From NCBI GenBank assembly GCA_965219345.1, contig OZ244732.1:160001-224000 (forward strand): a DNA stretch of 64,000 bases, written 5' to 3'. The position numbers and the translations under genes were made by a program. Under the pieces are notes generated by a model. The model saw only the letters and a program-made list of their open reading frames with translations. It had not been told where the DNA came from and did not search any database. Shown here piece by piece: positions 8,856 through 18,427 of the stretch (position 1 is the first letter of the stretch; each line of letters opens with the position of its first letter). This stretch comes from Nitrosopumilus sp. GTDB taxonomy: Archaea; Thermoproteota; Nitrososphaeria; Nitrososphaerales; Nitrosopumilaceae.

Positions 8856-10881
8856 ATTGCTTTCTTTTAACTAGTCCAATAGTGCCTATTATCATTACCA
8901 TTCCTGCAATTATCCCAATCTGTTTTTCTGGAATGTCAATTATTTCTAATCTTTGGGAATTTTCTGGAAGTGAACTAGTTACAATTGTGCTAAATGCATT
9001 TGATGTGTTTCCGTCAACTCTGATTTTAGCATCAATCCAATATTCTGCATTTTCATAGATTTCTATTGATGCCATTTTGTTTGGCGAAGCAGTTGCAACG
9101 TCTGTTTTTCCGTCTTTACTGTTCGTAACTGAAATTTTTGTAAAACTCCATTCTTCTGGATGATAAATTTCAAAGAAAAGTTTTTGATTTTGTTGATTTA
9201 CGGAAATTGAGCCCAGTGTATAATGTAATAGAAACGGAATTACATATCGAGTATCATCATGATTGATGATTATTTTTCCTTCATGATCTCCAAAATTTTC
9301 TTCAGTCATATTCATTTTAATTTGCAAAGCATTACCTTCAAGAAAATGTTCAAATTTTATGAATTCTGGTCCTTCAAATCTAACATCAAAATTATTCAAT
9401 GTACCATCAATCAATTTTAATTGAAACTGTTTTTCAGCGATTAGATCATCTGATGATACATTAACTACAAAACTTGGTGGTGTGATGATTAATTTTGCAC
9501 CATAAGCATTTCCTATGTCTAATCTTCCAGCACCTGCTGCATGTACCGGAAATTCTTGTTCATAGGCGTCTGAAACAGGCTCAACCGTAGTTAGTAATAG
9601 AGACTTTATCTCATGATGGTGAAGTTCTGGGCTTTTTTGAAGTAATAACGCTGCTGCCCCAGAAACATGTGGTGCAGCATAACTTGTTCCACTGGTAAAA
9701 TTGTATCCTCCATTGTTCTGTGTGGAATTGATGTATGCACCAGGAGCTACGATATCTGGTTTCAAGTAAAATGGCGATACTGGTCCTCTGGAACTAAAAT
9801 GTACTACAAAATCTGGATTGTAGAATAAATGAACGGTTGCCTCATTACCATTTTTTATTGATTCTATGATTTCAAGTCCTTCTTTTCTATCGATGGATAC
9901 AACTGGAATTTGTGGTTTGTAATTTGGCTCTATAAATTCATGAACTAATTCACCCAAAAAAATTCCAGGTTTATTATTGTAAACAATCATAACTTTTGCT
10001 CCAGCATTAGCAGCATTGTTTTCCTTAATAGAAAAATACAATAGTTCTCCTTCAATATCACTTCCTCTTTCAACAATTAATATTGCATCTCTGACATCAA
10101 TTTCTTTCAAGTCCTCAATTTTTCCAAAACCCCCAAAAATTATTTTTCCTGTAATTGGTTCTTCTAGTTTTGTAGAGCCTACCATTGGAATTACAGTATA
10201 TGGCTTTTCATCTACTTCTAATGTTGCAACTAAGCTTGAAGTAAGATTATTGTATGTTGCACCTACAGTAACAGAACCAAAATTCCTGCCCGGACTGCCA
10301 ATAGTTTCGAATCCTGGACCATCATTTCCGGCAGCAGTTACTACAAAAATTTCTTTTTCTAATGCGTCATTTACTGCACGTTCAATCTTTGCATTTGTTT
10401 TGTTTACTCCTAAACTAATATTGATAATATCTGCCCCATCTTCAATTGCTTTTTCAATGGCTCTAACGATTAATTCTGATGATACGCCTTCCCCATCTTC
10501 TGATACTTTGTAAGCAAGAATTTTTGCCTTCGGTGCTATTCCAATTGCTTGACCATCGGCTGCAATAACTCCAGCAACCTGAGTACCATGACCATTTGTA
10601 TCCAGAGGTGATTTATCTTCTTGAATGAAATTGTATCCTCCAATTACTTTTCCTTCAGGACCCCATCCAAAAAGATCCGGATGATTAAAGTCAACTCCAG
10701 TATCAATGACTGCTACTTTGATTCCGGTTCCATCAATTCCATCAATTCTTAGAATTTCTGTTCCAACAAATGGTACACTTCTCTCCAAATATGTCTGGAT
10801 CTCATTTTCAGATTGCAGGGATTGAAACAAAACAAAACCCATCAAAAATACTATCATTAAAGAAAAAACTAAGAATTTCAC
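8845..10881 (-). CDS. Membrane-anchored subtilisin-like S8 protease with PA domain
   Basis: Catalytic triad VAVIDTG, HGTQVAG, SGTSYAAPHV; PA insert; N-terminal signal and C-terminal TM. Confidence 0.9.
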   Translation of the reverse strand: MKFLVFSLMIVFLMGFVLFQSLQSENEIQTYLERSVPFVGTEILRIDGIDGTGIKVAVIDTGVDFNHPDLFGWGPEGKVIGGYNFIQEDKSPLDTNGHGTQVAGVIAADGQAIGIAPKAKILAYKVSEDGEGVSSELIVRAIEKAIEDGADIINISLGVNKTNAKIERAVNDALEKEIFVVTAAGNDGPGFETIGSPGRNFGSVTVGATYNNLTSSLVATLEVDEKPYTVIPMVGSTKLEEPITGKIIFGGFGKIEDLKEIDVRDAILIVERGSDIEGELLYFSIKENNAANAGAKVMIVYNNKPGIFLGELVHEFIEPNYKPQIPVVSIDRKEGLEIIESIKNGNEATVHLFYNPDFVVHFSSRGPVSPFYLKPDIVAPGAYINSTQNNGGYNFTSGTSYAAPHVSGAAALLLQKSPELHHHEIKSLLLTTVEPVSDAYEQEFPVHAAGAGRLDIGNAYGAKLIITPPSFVVNVSSDDLIAEKQFQLKLIDGTLNNFDVRFEGPEFIKFEHFLEGNALQIKMNMTEENFGDHEGKIIINHDDTRYVIPFLLHYTLGSISVNQQNQKLFFEIYHPEEWSFTKISVTNSKDGKTDVATASPNKMASIEIYENAEYWIDAKIRVDGNTSNAFSTIVTSSLPENSQRLEIIDIPEKQIGIIAGMVMIIGTIGLVKRKQSMQ

Positions 10882-10959
10882 AAATTTTCTAACTATTTTT
10901 ACAAGTAAAAATGAATTGCTTTCTAAACCAATAAATTGAATAAACTTTCAAAAGAACTA

Positions 10960-11580
10960 ATGGGAAAATATACACTTCCTGAAATGCCATATGCATATGA
11001 TGCATTAGAACCTCACATTGACGCAAGAACAATGGAGATTCATCATACAAAACATCATCAAGCATACACTGACAAACTAAATGCAGCTCTTGAAGGATGT
11101 CCAGCTGAAATTCAAGAAAAAGATATTCTTGACATCTTATCTGATATTAACTCAGTACCAGAGGACAAAAGAGGTGCAATTAATTTCAACGGTGGTGGTT
11201 ATGATAACCATAGGTTATTTTGGAACAATATGAAAGCAAATGGAGGTGGAGAACCTGGAGGATCAATTGCTGATGCAATTAAGGATTCTTTCGGAAGCTT
11301 CTCTGACTTCAAAGAGAAATTTTCATCCACAACAGCAGTAATTCAAGGTAGTGGCTGGGGATGGTTAGTATACAATCCTTCTTCAGGAAAGGTTGAGTAC
11401 AAATCAATGCCAAACCAAACTAGTCCAAGAACTGAAGGATTAGTACCATTGTTAGGCTGTGATGTTTGGGAACATGCATACTATCTCAACTATCAAAACA
11501 AAAGACCAGTCTATATCGAAGCATGGTGGAATGTAGTTAACTGGGATGAAGTAGAAGATAGATTCTCAAAAGCAAAATAA
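10960..11580 (+). CDS. sod: Fe/Mn superoxide dismutase
   Basis: HHTKHH and DVWEHAYY motifs. Confidence 0.97.
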   Translation: MGKYTLPEMPYAYDALEPHIDARTMEIHHTKHHQAYTDKLNAALEGCPAEIQEKDILDILSDINSVPEDKRGAINFNGGGYDNHRLFWNNMKANGGGEPGGSIADAIKDSFGSFSDFKEKFSSTTAVIQGSGWGWLVYNPSSGKVEYKSMPNQTSPRTEGLVPLLGCDVWEHAYYLNYQNKRPVYIEAWWNVVNWDEVEDRFSKAK

Positions 11581-11660
11581 AGTTCTTATCTTTATTTTTT
11601 TTATCGTCCTAGTTCTACCTGTGAATGAATTTATAACCATCCGAGAAAGGTTTGTTGTAA

Positions 11661-12086
11661 ATGAGTGAAGAACAGGCACAGCAGTTAATGCAGCAAATGC
11701 AAATGCTTGAAACATATTTTTCTGATTTATCTCAAAGAGAAGCAACCTTTGTAGGTGTTTTAAGAGAGGCAACTGCTGCAATTGAATCTATGAAATCTCT
11801 TAGCCAAAAACCTGAATCAGAAACTCTTGTTCCTATAGGGATTGGAACATATGTTCCTACAAAAATTTCATCCAATAGCAAGATTGTTTTGAGTATTGGC
11901 GCTGGAGTTGCAGTGGAAAAAGATTTTCCTTCAGCCATAAACTACCTTGAGGCACACATTAAAGAAATTGAGGTTGCTTTACAAGATAACGCTGCAAAAA
12001 AACAAGATGCAGCAGCGCGATTAGAGCAAGGAAGAGAACAAATCAATCAATTAACGCAAGCTGTGTCAAAACCGAATTCGGGATAA
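11661..12086 (+). CDS. pfdA: Prefoldin alpha subunit
   Basis: Coiled coil with LVPIG and IGAGVAVEK; upstream of ftsY. Confidence 0.9.
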   Translation: MSEEQAQQLMQQMQMLETYFSDLSQREATFVGVLREATAAIESMKSLSQKPESETLVPIGIGTYVPTKISSNSKIVLSIGAGVAVEKDFPSAINYLEAHIKEIEVALQDNAAKKQDAAARLEQGREQINQLTQAVSKPNSG

Positions 12087-12090
12087 AAAC

Positions 12091-13269
12091 ATGTTTGATA
12101 AACTTCATGATGCATTTTCTAATGCAGCAAAAAGTCTAGGCGAGAAGGAACTCAAAGAAAAAGATATTGAGGATATTCTTTTTGAATTAGAAGTTTCTCT
12201 TTTAGAATCTGATGTAGCTAGTGAAGTAATTGATGAAATCAAATCTAATCTAAAAGAAAAACTAATTGGCTCAAAAATTGACAAGCATCAAATTGAAAAA
12301 TTTGTTAAAGATAGTTTGATTTCAAACATCTCTGCATTATTTGATTCTGCAGGGGAAATTGATTTATTTGAAAAAATTAATGAAAAAAAGAATCAAGGAC
12401 AATCTTTTTTGATTTTATTTGTTGGAATTAATGGAACTGGGAAAACTACTTCTTTAGCTAAAGTTGCATATATGTTGCAACAAGCAAAATATTCTGTTGT
12501 TGTTGCGGCAGCAGATACCTTTAGAGCTGGCGCAATTGAGCAATTACGAGAACATACTAATCGTCTTAATCTAAAACTTGTTGCACAGAATTATAACTCA
12601 GATCCTGCTGCAGTTGCTCGAGATGCCGTATTGTATGCCAGATCTCACAAAACAGATTGTGTGTTAATTGATACTGCAGGAAGGATGCAAACAAGCAAAA
12701 ACCTGATGGAACAAATTGAAAAAATCAACAAAGTTGTAAACCCTGATATGACAATTTTCGTAGGTGATTCATTAGCTGGAAATGATACTGTTAACCAAGC
12801 ACGTGAATTCTTTGAACGTGTAAAATTCAATGCTTCTATTTTGACAAAAAGTGACGCAGATGCAAAAGGTGGTGCAGCGCTATCAATTGTGAAAGTCACT
12901 TCTACACCAGTTCTTTATGTTGGAACTGGGCAAGAATATTCTGATCTAAAACCATTTGATAAGGAAACTTTTCTAGAAACTGTCTTTGGTTCATTAGATG
13001 ATATTGATGTGAAGCAAACGGATGAACCAGAACCAACACCGGAACCGGAACTAGAACTAGAACTAGAACCGGAACTAGAACCAGCACCGGAACCAGCACC
13101 AGCACCGGAATCTTCTGATGATCCGTTTGAAGGAATTAGTGATGAAGACATTACAACTTATTCAGAAATATTTCAAGTTCCTCCACCTGAAAGTGACGAC
13201 GAAGCTTTCAAACTAGGAAAAAAGATTCGTGAATGGATAAAACGTGGCCGACCTGAATCTGATCAATAA
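12091..13269 (+). CDS. ftsY: SRP receptor FtsY with C-terminal Glu/Pro-rich tail
   Basis: GINGTGKTT, DTFRAGA, DTAGR, TKSDADAKGG motifs. Confidence 0.95.
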   Translation: MFDKLHDAFSNAAKSLGEKELKEKDIEDILFELEVSLLESDVASEVIDEIKSNLKEKLIGSKIDKHQIEKFVKDSLISNISALFDSAGEIDLFEKINEKKNQGQSFLILFVGINGTGKTTSLAKVAYMLQQAKYSVVVAAADTFRAGAIEQLREHTNRLNLKLVAQNYNSDPAAVARDAVLYARSHKTDCVLIDTAGRMQTSKNLMEQIEKINKVVNPDMTIFVGDSLAGNDTVNQAREFFERVKFNASILTKSDADAKGGAALSIVKVTSTPVLYVGTGQEYSDLKPFDKETFLETVFGSLDDIDVKQTDEPEPTPEPELELELEPELEPAPEPAPAPESSDDPFEGISDEDITTYSEIFQVPPPESDDEAFKLGKKIREWIKRGRPESDQ

Positions 13270-13323
13270 AGTGTCAAAGAATTCAAAAACAAGATAAAGA
13301 GGCATGTTTACACATTAAAGGAA

Positions 13324-14238
13324 ATGAAACTCAAAACAAAAGATTTACTCACTTTAGCGGAATTAACCCCAAAGGAATTTGTAGAATTAATCAATCAATC
13401 AATCAAACTAAAAAAAGAACTCAAAAAAGGTGGAAACAAACCTATTTTGAAAAATAAAACATTGACAATGATTTTTCAAAAACCATCCACCAGAACACGT
13501 GTAAGTTTTGAGATTGGAATGTATCAGTTGGGCGGATATGCAGTTAATTTATCATCAAATGACATGCAATTGTCACGAGGTGAATCTATCGAGGATACAG
13601 CAAAAACCCTATCCCGATACACTAATTGTATAATGGCACGTGTTTACGAACATAAATTACTAGAAAAACTATCTAAACATGCAAGCGTACCTGTCATAAA
13701 TGGATTATCTGATTCTTTTCATCCTTGTCAAACTTTGGCAGACTTTATGACAATTAAAGAGAAGAAAGGAAAACTCAAAGGACTAAAGATTGCTTGGATA
13801 GGAGATGGAAATAACGTATGTAATTCTATGATTTATGGTGCTGCATTGTCTGGAGTTGACATGTCGATTGCAACTCCCAAAGGATTTGAACCAGACAAAA
13901 CTGTTGTTAAAGAATCAAGGAAATCAACTAACATTGAATTGACTACAGATCCATTCATTGCAACTAAAAATGCGGATGTTGTTGTAACTGATACTCACTC
14001 TTCTATTCATAATAATGATCCAAAAAGAACCAAGAAATTCTTTCCAAAGTATCAAGTTAATTCCAAGTTGGTGAATACTGCAAAGAAAAATGCGATCTTT
14101 ATGCATTGTCTTCCTGCTAAGCGAGAACAAGAAGTAACGTCATCAGTAATTGATGGTTCAAAGTCAGTTGTTTGGGATGAGGCAGAAAATCGTCTTCATA
14201 CTCAAAAGGCATTACTTGTTGCTCTTATTCGCGCTTAA
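13324..14238 (+). CDS. argF: Ornithine carbamoyltransferase
   Basis: STRTR, HPCQ and HCLP motifs. Confidence 0.95.
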   Translation: MKLKTKDLLTLAELTPKEFVELINQSIKLKKELKKGGNKPILKNKTLTMIFQKPSTRTRVSFEIGMYQLGGYAVNLSSNDMQLSRGESIEDTAKTLSRYTNCIMARVYEHKLLEKLSKHASVPVINGLSDSFHPCQTLADFMTIKEKKGKLKGLKIAWIGDGNNVCNSMIYGAALSGVDMSIATPKGFEPDKTVVKESRKSTNIELTTDPFIATKNADVVVTDTHSSIHNNDPKRTKKFFPKYQVNSKLVNTAKKNAIFMHCLPAKREQEVTSSVIDGSKSVVWDEAENRLHTQKALLVALIRA

Positions 14239-14301
14239 CGTATATAATAACCATAATTTTCTGGTATTATTTTTTATGATTATTTCATTTTAATCTAAAG
14301 C

Positions 14302-14556
14302 CTAATCATATTTATTCCAAATTCTTATTGCCACATAAACAGATATTCCACCGAATATTACAAATAATATCATATCCAGGATTGTGATTAATAATCCAAT
14401 TTCAAAAGTTGGAGATATAGTAGTAGAATTTGCCAAATTTGCTATCGGTCTATCTAAAAAATAAAACAAAAGCAATGGTATTACTAGTGCAATAATTTTA
14501 AATGATCTAACCAAAATAAAAAAAGAGGATATTAAGGAACCCATATGAAATCCCAA
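14302..14556 (-). CDS. Small two-TM membrane protein
   Basis: Two hydrophobic stretches; overlaps the end of the upstream secreted-protein gene. Confidence 0.55.
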   Translation of the reverse strand: MGFHMGSLISSFFILVRSFKIIALVIPLLLFYFLDRPIANLANSTTISPTFEIGLLITILDMILFVIFGGISVYVAIRIWNKYD

Positions 14557-15299
14557 CCTTCAGTGATATTAAATGGATTGTATCCATCATACCATGCAAA
14601 GGACGTAATCAATACAGGATTACCTGAACCAAACTTGGCACAATAACCTTGATCTGTAGAACTAGCATCGTTAAATGTACTAGTACACATACCACCAGTA
14701 AACACGTTTCTATATTTTACGTATCCATTATCAAAGTCCTTTTCAAAACAATATCCATTTACCAGTATTGCAATAGAACCAGGATAGCCTTGAACTCCTA
14801 CAACATATGATTCAATAAAATCCAAACCTGTTACAGTCCCCCAATTATAGCCTGTTTGGGTAGATGCTGTATAGCAGTTGAATTTTGTCTGAGTTGATGT
14901 TTGGAAATGTGCGGTTCCAGTTCTTGGTGCTATTCTATCAGAATCGCCTGATTCTAGAGATTGGGAATCCGAATCATCAAATGTGGCATCTAATTTTACT
15001 AACAGATTTTTGGTAGAGGTATTGGCAGATTCTTGTCCGATTGTATAGGATCTAAGATCATCTGTGACTTGTAACAAATCAAGTATTATATTAACACGTT
15101 GTAAGACTAATTTAATCTCATTCTTTTTAGATTCATCCTTTGTTTGTGTTAGTTGAGTTTTTAGCTCTTCTTTGTATTGTACTAGTTTTGTTATTTTGTC
15201 ACTTGTTTGTACTTTTGCTTCTGCATAATCCATCATACTAAATGGTAGAATCATTGCAGCAATCAAAGATGCAAACAGAATTGTCTTTGTATTTTTCAT
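14532..15299 (-). CDS. Secreted protein with MKNTKTILFASLIAAMILPFS signal peptide
   Basis: Signal peptide, helical middle region, Cys-containing beta-rich C-terminal domain. Confidence 0.75.
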   Translation of the reverse strand: MKNTKTILFASLIAAMILPFSMMDYAEAKVQTSDKITKLVQYKEELKTQLTQTKDESKKNEIKLVLQRVNIILDLLQVTDDLRSYTIGQESANTSTKNLLVKLDATFDDSDSQSLESGDSDRIAPRTGTAHFQTSTQTKFNCYTASTQTGYNWGTVTGLDFIESYVVGVQGYPGSIAILVNGYCFEKDFDNGYVKYRNVFTGGMCTSTFNDASSTDQGYCAKFGSGNPVLITSFAWYDGYNPFNITEGWDFIWVP

Positions 15300-15478
15300 A
15301 ATCATTGCCATATTTAGAAATATCATAGATAAAACTGTGGCAATTAAACTGCGATGAAAAATAGATCGCAATTTGATCGTTAGATTTTTATTCTAAATTA
15401 TTGATTGAAAAATAATCACATGAAAAACAAAACAAAAACAATCTTGTTTGCATCTTTGATTGCTGCAATGATTCTACC
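15244..15478. repeat. Perfect 34-bp inverted repeat (15244-15277 and 15445-15478)
   Basis: tgtttgcatctttgattgctgcaatgattctacc occurs in both divergent signal-peptide coding regions. Confidence 0.95.
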
Positions 15479-15848
15479 GTTTTCTGCAATGAGTTTTGCT
15501 CAAACAGATACATCAGTAGATAATGAAACAAAAAACTATGTAAATAACAAGATCAACGAATTAAGTACAAAAAAGAATCAAAACACAACAAGTAGTTACG
15601 AATTAGAAAAACTCAAACTTGTAAAACAATGGATTAATGCAAAGGAGAATGGTAATGATACAAGAATGCATGAACTTATGGAACAAATCACTCTAGATTT
15701 CCTACCTGATGATGAATATACAGAAAGTGTAAAATCATTTGATGTAGGCAATCAACTTAAAGATCATCCATTCATACGATACACTGGTTCGACTGAAAAA
15801 AAATGGGACTGTCGTGATGACTCTGATCTATTAGGATTCTCAAAATGA
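15420..15848 (+). CDS. Secreted protein of the same signal-peptide family, probably 3'-truncated
   Basis: MKNKTKTILFASLIAAMILPFS; runs head-on into the broken integrase. Confidence 0.65.
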   Translation: MKNKTKTILFASLIAAMILPFSAMSFAQTDTSVDNETKNYVNNKINELSTKKNQNTTSSYELEKLKLVKQWINAKENGNDTRMHELMEQITLDFLPDDEYTESVKSFDVGNQLKDHPFIRYTGSTEKKWDCRDDSDLLGFSK

Positions 15849-16238
15849 ATTATTGCCCTTTGTTTTGTGTTTGAACACACATCAAGCATTTTCCGGATCT
15901 CTTCTGTGGTCCATCCACGCTCTATTACAGATTTGATCTTTGCTGGGAATATTTTTCTCAATTTCTTGAAATTTATAATAACATCATTCATCTCCAAAAA
16001 CGCCTGAATTGGATAATAATAGTAGCCTATACTGTTAGGATTATTTTTTTTCACGCCTAAATACGATATAATCCTCGATTAATCTGGTGAGTTTTTTTGG
16101 TTTTAGTTTTAATATATCCCGATATTTGTTAAATTTTCCAAAATCTTTGAAATATTTCATACAATTGAGATAGTTCTCTTCTGTTGATTTTGTTTTAATA
16201 GATGCTCGAAATACTTTCATACATCTTTCCTCTACCAT
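15840..16238 (-). pseudogene. Tyrosine recombinase/integrase remnant (N-terminal part only)
   Basis: IKTKSTEENY...YF and WTTEEIRKML...KQRAIIHF; frameshift in an A8 run near 16045; ends just before the expected catalytic Arg box. Confidence 0.75.
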
Positions 16239-16324
16239 GATTAACCTAGGTGTGAGTAATTAATAAAGACAGATTATTGTGTCTTTAACGTATATAAGAG
16301 AAGATTCGAACTCGGTTTCTATAG

Positions 16325-16807
16325 ATGGCTTATTCAAAAATATTGAGAAGGCTTAGAGAGGAAAAGACCAATTATAAAAAACGTGGAACCATGTTGATGG
16401 GAAAACGCGATTTTATTACTGTAAATATTACTAATGAAAATACCCAAGTCCAAATTCTCAAGGCTGAAATGACTGGCGATAAGGTTGTTGCATCTGCACA
16501 TTCCAGATATCTACTTGACAAAGGATGGAAGGGATCAAGAAAGAGTGTACCCGCAGCTTATCTTACAGGCTATTTAGCTGGAAAGAAAGCACTTGGTCAA
16601 GGCTCAAAGGATGCTATTCTTTATACTGGAACTAGAAGATATACGCAAAGAATGGCTGCAGCTCTAAAAGGAGTCATTGATGCGGGTGTTAAAGTACCAG
16701 CTAACGAAGAAACATTTCCATCTGATGACAGAATTAACGGAGAACATCTTACTGTTAAAAACGATGTCCCAAAAATAAAATCTGCAATTGATACTGAGGT
16801 TAAATAG
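16325..16807 (+). CDS. rpl18: Ribosomal protein uL18
   Basis: RREEKTNY-like start, PAAYLTGYLAG. Confidence 0.95.
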   Translation: MAYSKILRRLREEKTNYKKRGTMLMGKRDFITVNITNENTQVQILKAEMTGDKVVASAHSRYLLDKGWKGSRKSVPAAYLTGYLAGKKALGQGSKDAILYTGTRRYTQRMAAALKGVIDAGVKVPANEETFPSDDRINGEHLTVKNDVPKIKSAIDTEVK

Positions 16808-16809
16808 AA

Positions 16810-17523
16810 ATGAGTCAAGCAACGCAATCTAGCGGTCCACGTGGAAAAAGAGCACCCGTATACGGACGAGGTCCACCAGGAGGAGCTAAAGGAAATGGTG
16901 ATCGTCCTAAAAGACCAAGAAGAGAACCGGTAGAAGAGGTCTGGGTTCCAAAAACTGTCTTAGGGCAGAAAGTTAATTCAGGAGAAATTTCTTCGCTTGA
17001 AGAAATAATTGAATCAGGATTAAGAATTCAAGAAGCAGGAATTATCAAGAAACTACTTCCAGATTTAACAAGTGAAGTTGTGGATGTGGGAATTATTCAA
17101 AAAATGACTTCAAATGGACAGTCTACTAGATTCAAAGCAATGGTTGCAGCTGGAAATGAAAATGGTTACTTGGGAATAGGTCAAGGAAAATCAAAACAGA
17201 TGAGAATTGCTATTGAGAAAGCAACAAGTCAAGCTTTTCTGAATGTTAATCCGATTAAGCTAGGATGCGGTAGTTGGGAATGTAGATGTGATCAAAAACA
17301 TTCTGTACCATTCAGGGTTAGAGGAAAGGGCGGAAGTGTCACGATTGAAATTATTCCAGCACCTCGCGGATTAGGTCTTGTTGCTGGTGGTAAAATTAAA
17401 CGATTATTGGAATTGGCAGGTCTTAAAGATGCATGGACTACTGCAAAAGGCTCCACTCCAACAATGAATTCAACTTCAAAAGCAGTACTAGATTGTCTTA
17501 GACAGACATTTAGTCAGGGTTGA
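16810..17523 (+). CDS. rps5: Ribosomal protein uS5
   Basis: WVPKTVLG, GCGSWEC, PAPRGLGL. Confidence 0.97.
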   Translation: MSQATQSSGPRGKRAPVYGRGPPGGAKGNGDRPKRPRREPVEEVWVPKTVLGQKVNSGEISSLEEIIESGLRIQEAGIIKKLLPDLTSEVVDVGIIQKMTSNGQSTRFKAMVAAGNENGYLGIGQGKSKQMRIAIEKATSQAFLNVNPIKLGCGSWECRCDQKHSVPFRVRGKGGSVTIEIIPAPRGLGLVAGGKIKRLLELAGLKDAWTTAKGSTPTMNSTSKAVLDCLRQTFSQG

Positions 17524-17529
17524 TGAAAA

Positions 17530-17997
17530 ATGGCAAATGCATATCTTGTTGTTAGAATAAAAGGTCAAGCTGATTGTCCATATTGGGCAACTCACACGAT
17601 GACTTTGTTAAAATTGGATAAAAAATATCGTGCAACAATTTTGCCTGCTAAAGAAAACACTTTGGGAATGTTAAAAAAAGTACAACATTATGTGTCTTGG
17701 ATCGAACTTGACGCTTCTTTGGCAAAAGAACTGATTGACAAGAAAGCAAGAAAATCCGGTTATCAGAAAATAACTGCCGATGATCTAAAAGAACTTGGTT
17801 TTGCAAGTTCTGATGAATTGGCAGCAGCTTTGGCTGAAGGCAGGGCCACCTTATCTAAATTAAAACCCCTAAAACCATGGTTTGCTTTGGCACCTCCAAG
17901 ACATGGATTCAAGAGGAGCACCAAGAAACTGTATGGACAGAAAGGTGTCCTTGGAAAAAACAAAGAACTTGGCACTATAGTACGGAATATGATGTAA
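17530..17997 (+). CDS. rpl30: Ribosomal protein uL30
   Basis: LVVRIKG, LAPPRHG; spc operon order. Confidence 0.93.
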   Translation: MANAYLVVRIKGQADCPYWATHTMTLLKLDKKYRATILPAKENTLGMLKKVQHYVSWIELDASLAKELIDKKARKSGYQKITADDLKELGFASSDELAAALAEGRATLSKLKPLKPWFALAPPRHGFKRSTKKLYGQKGVLGKNKELGTIVRNMM

Positions 17998-17998
17998 C

Positions 17999-18427
17999 AT
18001 GGCAACAAGATTAAGAAAGACCAGAAGACTCAGAGGAGGACGACATATGGGATGGGGACAAGTAGGTCAGCATCGTTCAAGTGGTCACAGGGGAGGTCTT
18101 GGGAATATTGGTATGATGAAACACCACTACAGTTCCATGTTAAAATTTGATCCAGATCATTATGGCCATGATTCAACTAAACCACCTCACCCAAATATTA
18201 CAAAAAAATGGACTAGCGTCCGGGATCTAGATGACCTGTTCACTAAATTCGGTAAAGAAGAAGAAGGAGGAAAGAAAATCGTAGACCTACAAAGTGCAGG
18301 ATATGAAAAGCTCCTTGGTGGCGGAAAACTAACTAACGCTTATTCCGTCAAAGTACAACAATTTACAGCATCTGCAGAAGAGAAATTAAAAGCAGTTGGG
18401 GGAGAGGTATTATCAAATAATGGCTGA
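17999..18427 (+). CDS. rpl15: Ribosomal protein uL15
   Basis: RRLRGGRHMGWG, KLLGGG. Confidence 0.95.
   Translation: MATRLRKTRRLRGGRHMGWGQVGQHRSSGHRGGLGNIGMMKHHYSSMLKFDPDHYGHDSTKPPHPNITKKWTSVRDLDDLFTKFGKEEEGGKKIVDLQSAGYEKLLGGGKLTNAYSVKVQQFTASAEEKLKAVGGEVLSNNG

Larger units (their letters stand above)
14235..16297. mobile_element. Degenerate integrated islet bounded by the 13-bp direct repeat TTAACGTATATAA
   Basis: Repeat at 14235-14247 and 16285-16297; contains an integrase remnant and non-core genes. Confidence 0.75.

Noticed and set aside
6259-16807. rpl32e-rpl19e separated from and opposite to rpl18
   Set aside because: Fragmented ribosomal operons are typical of this lineage as far as I recall
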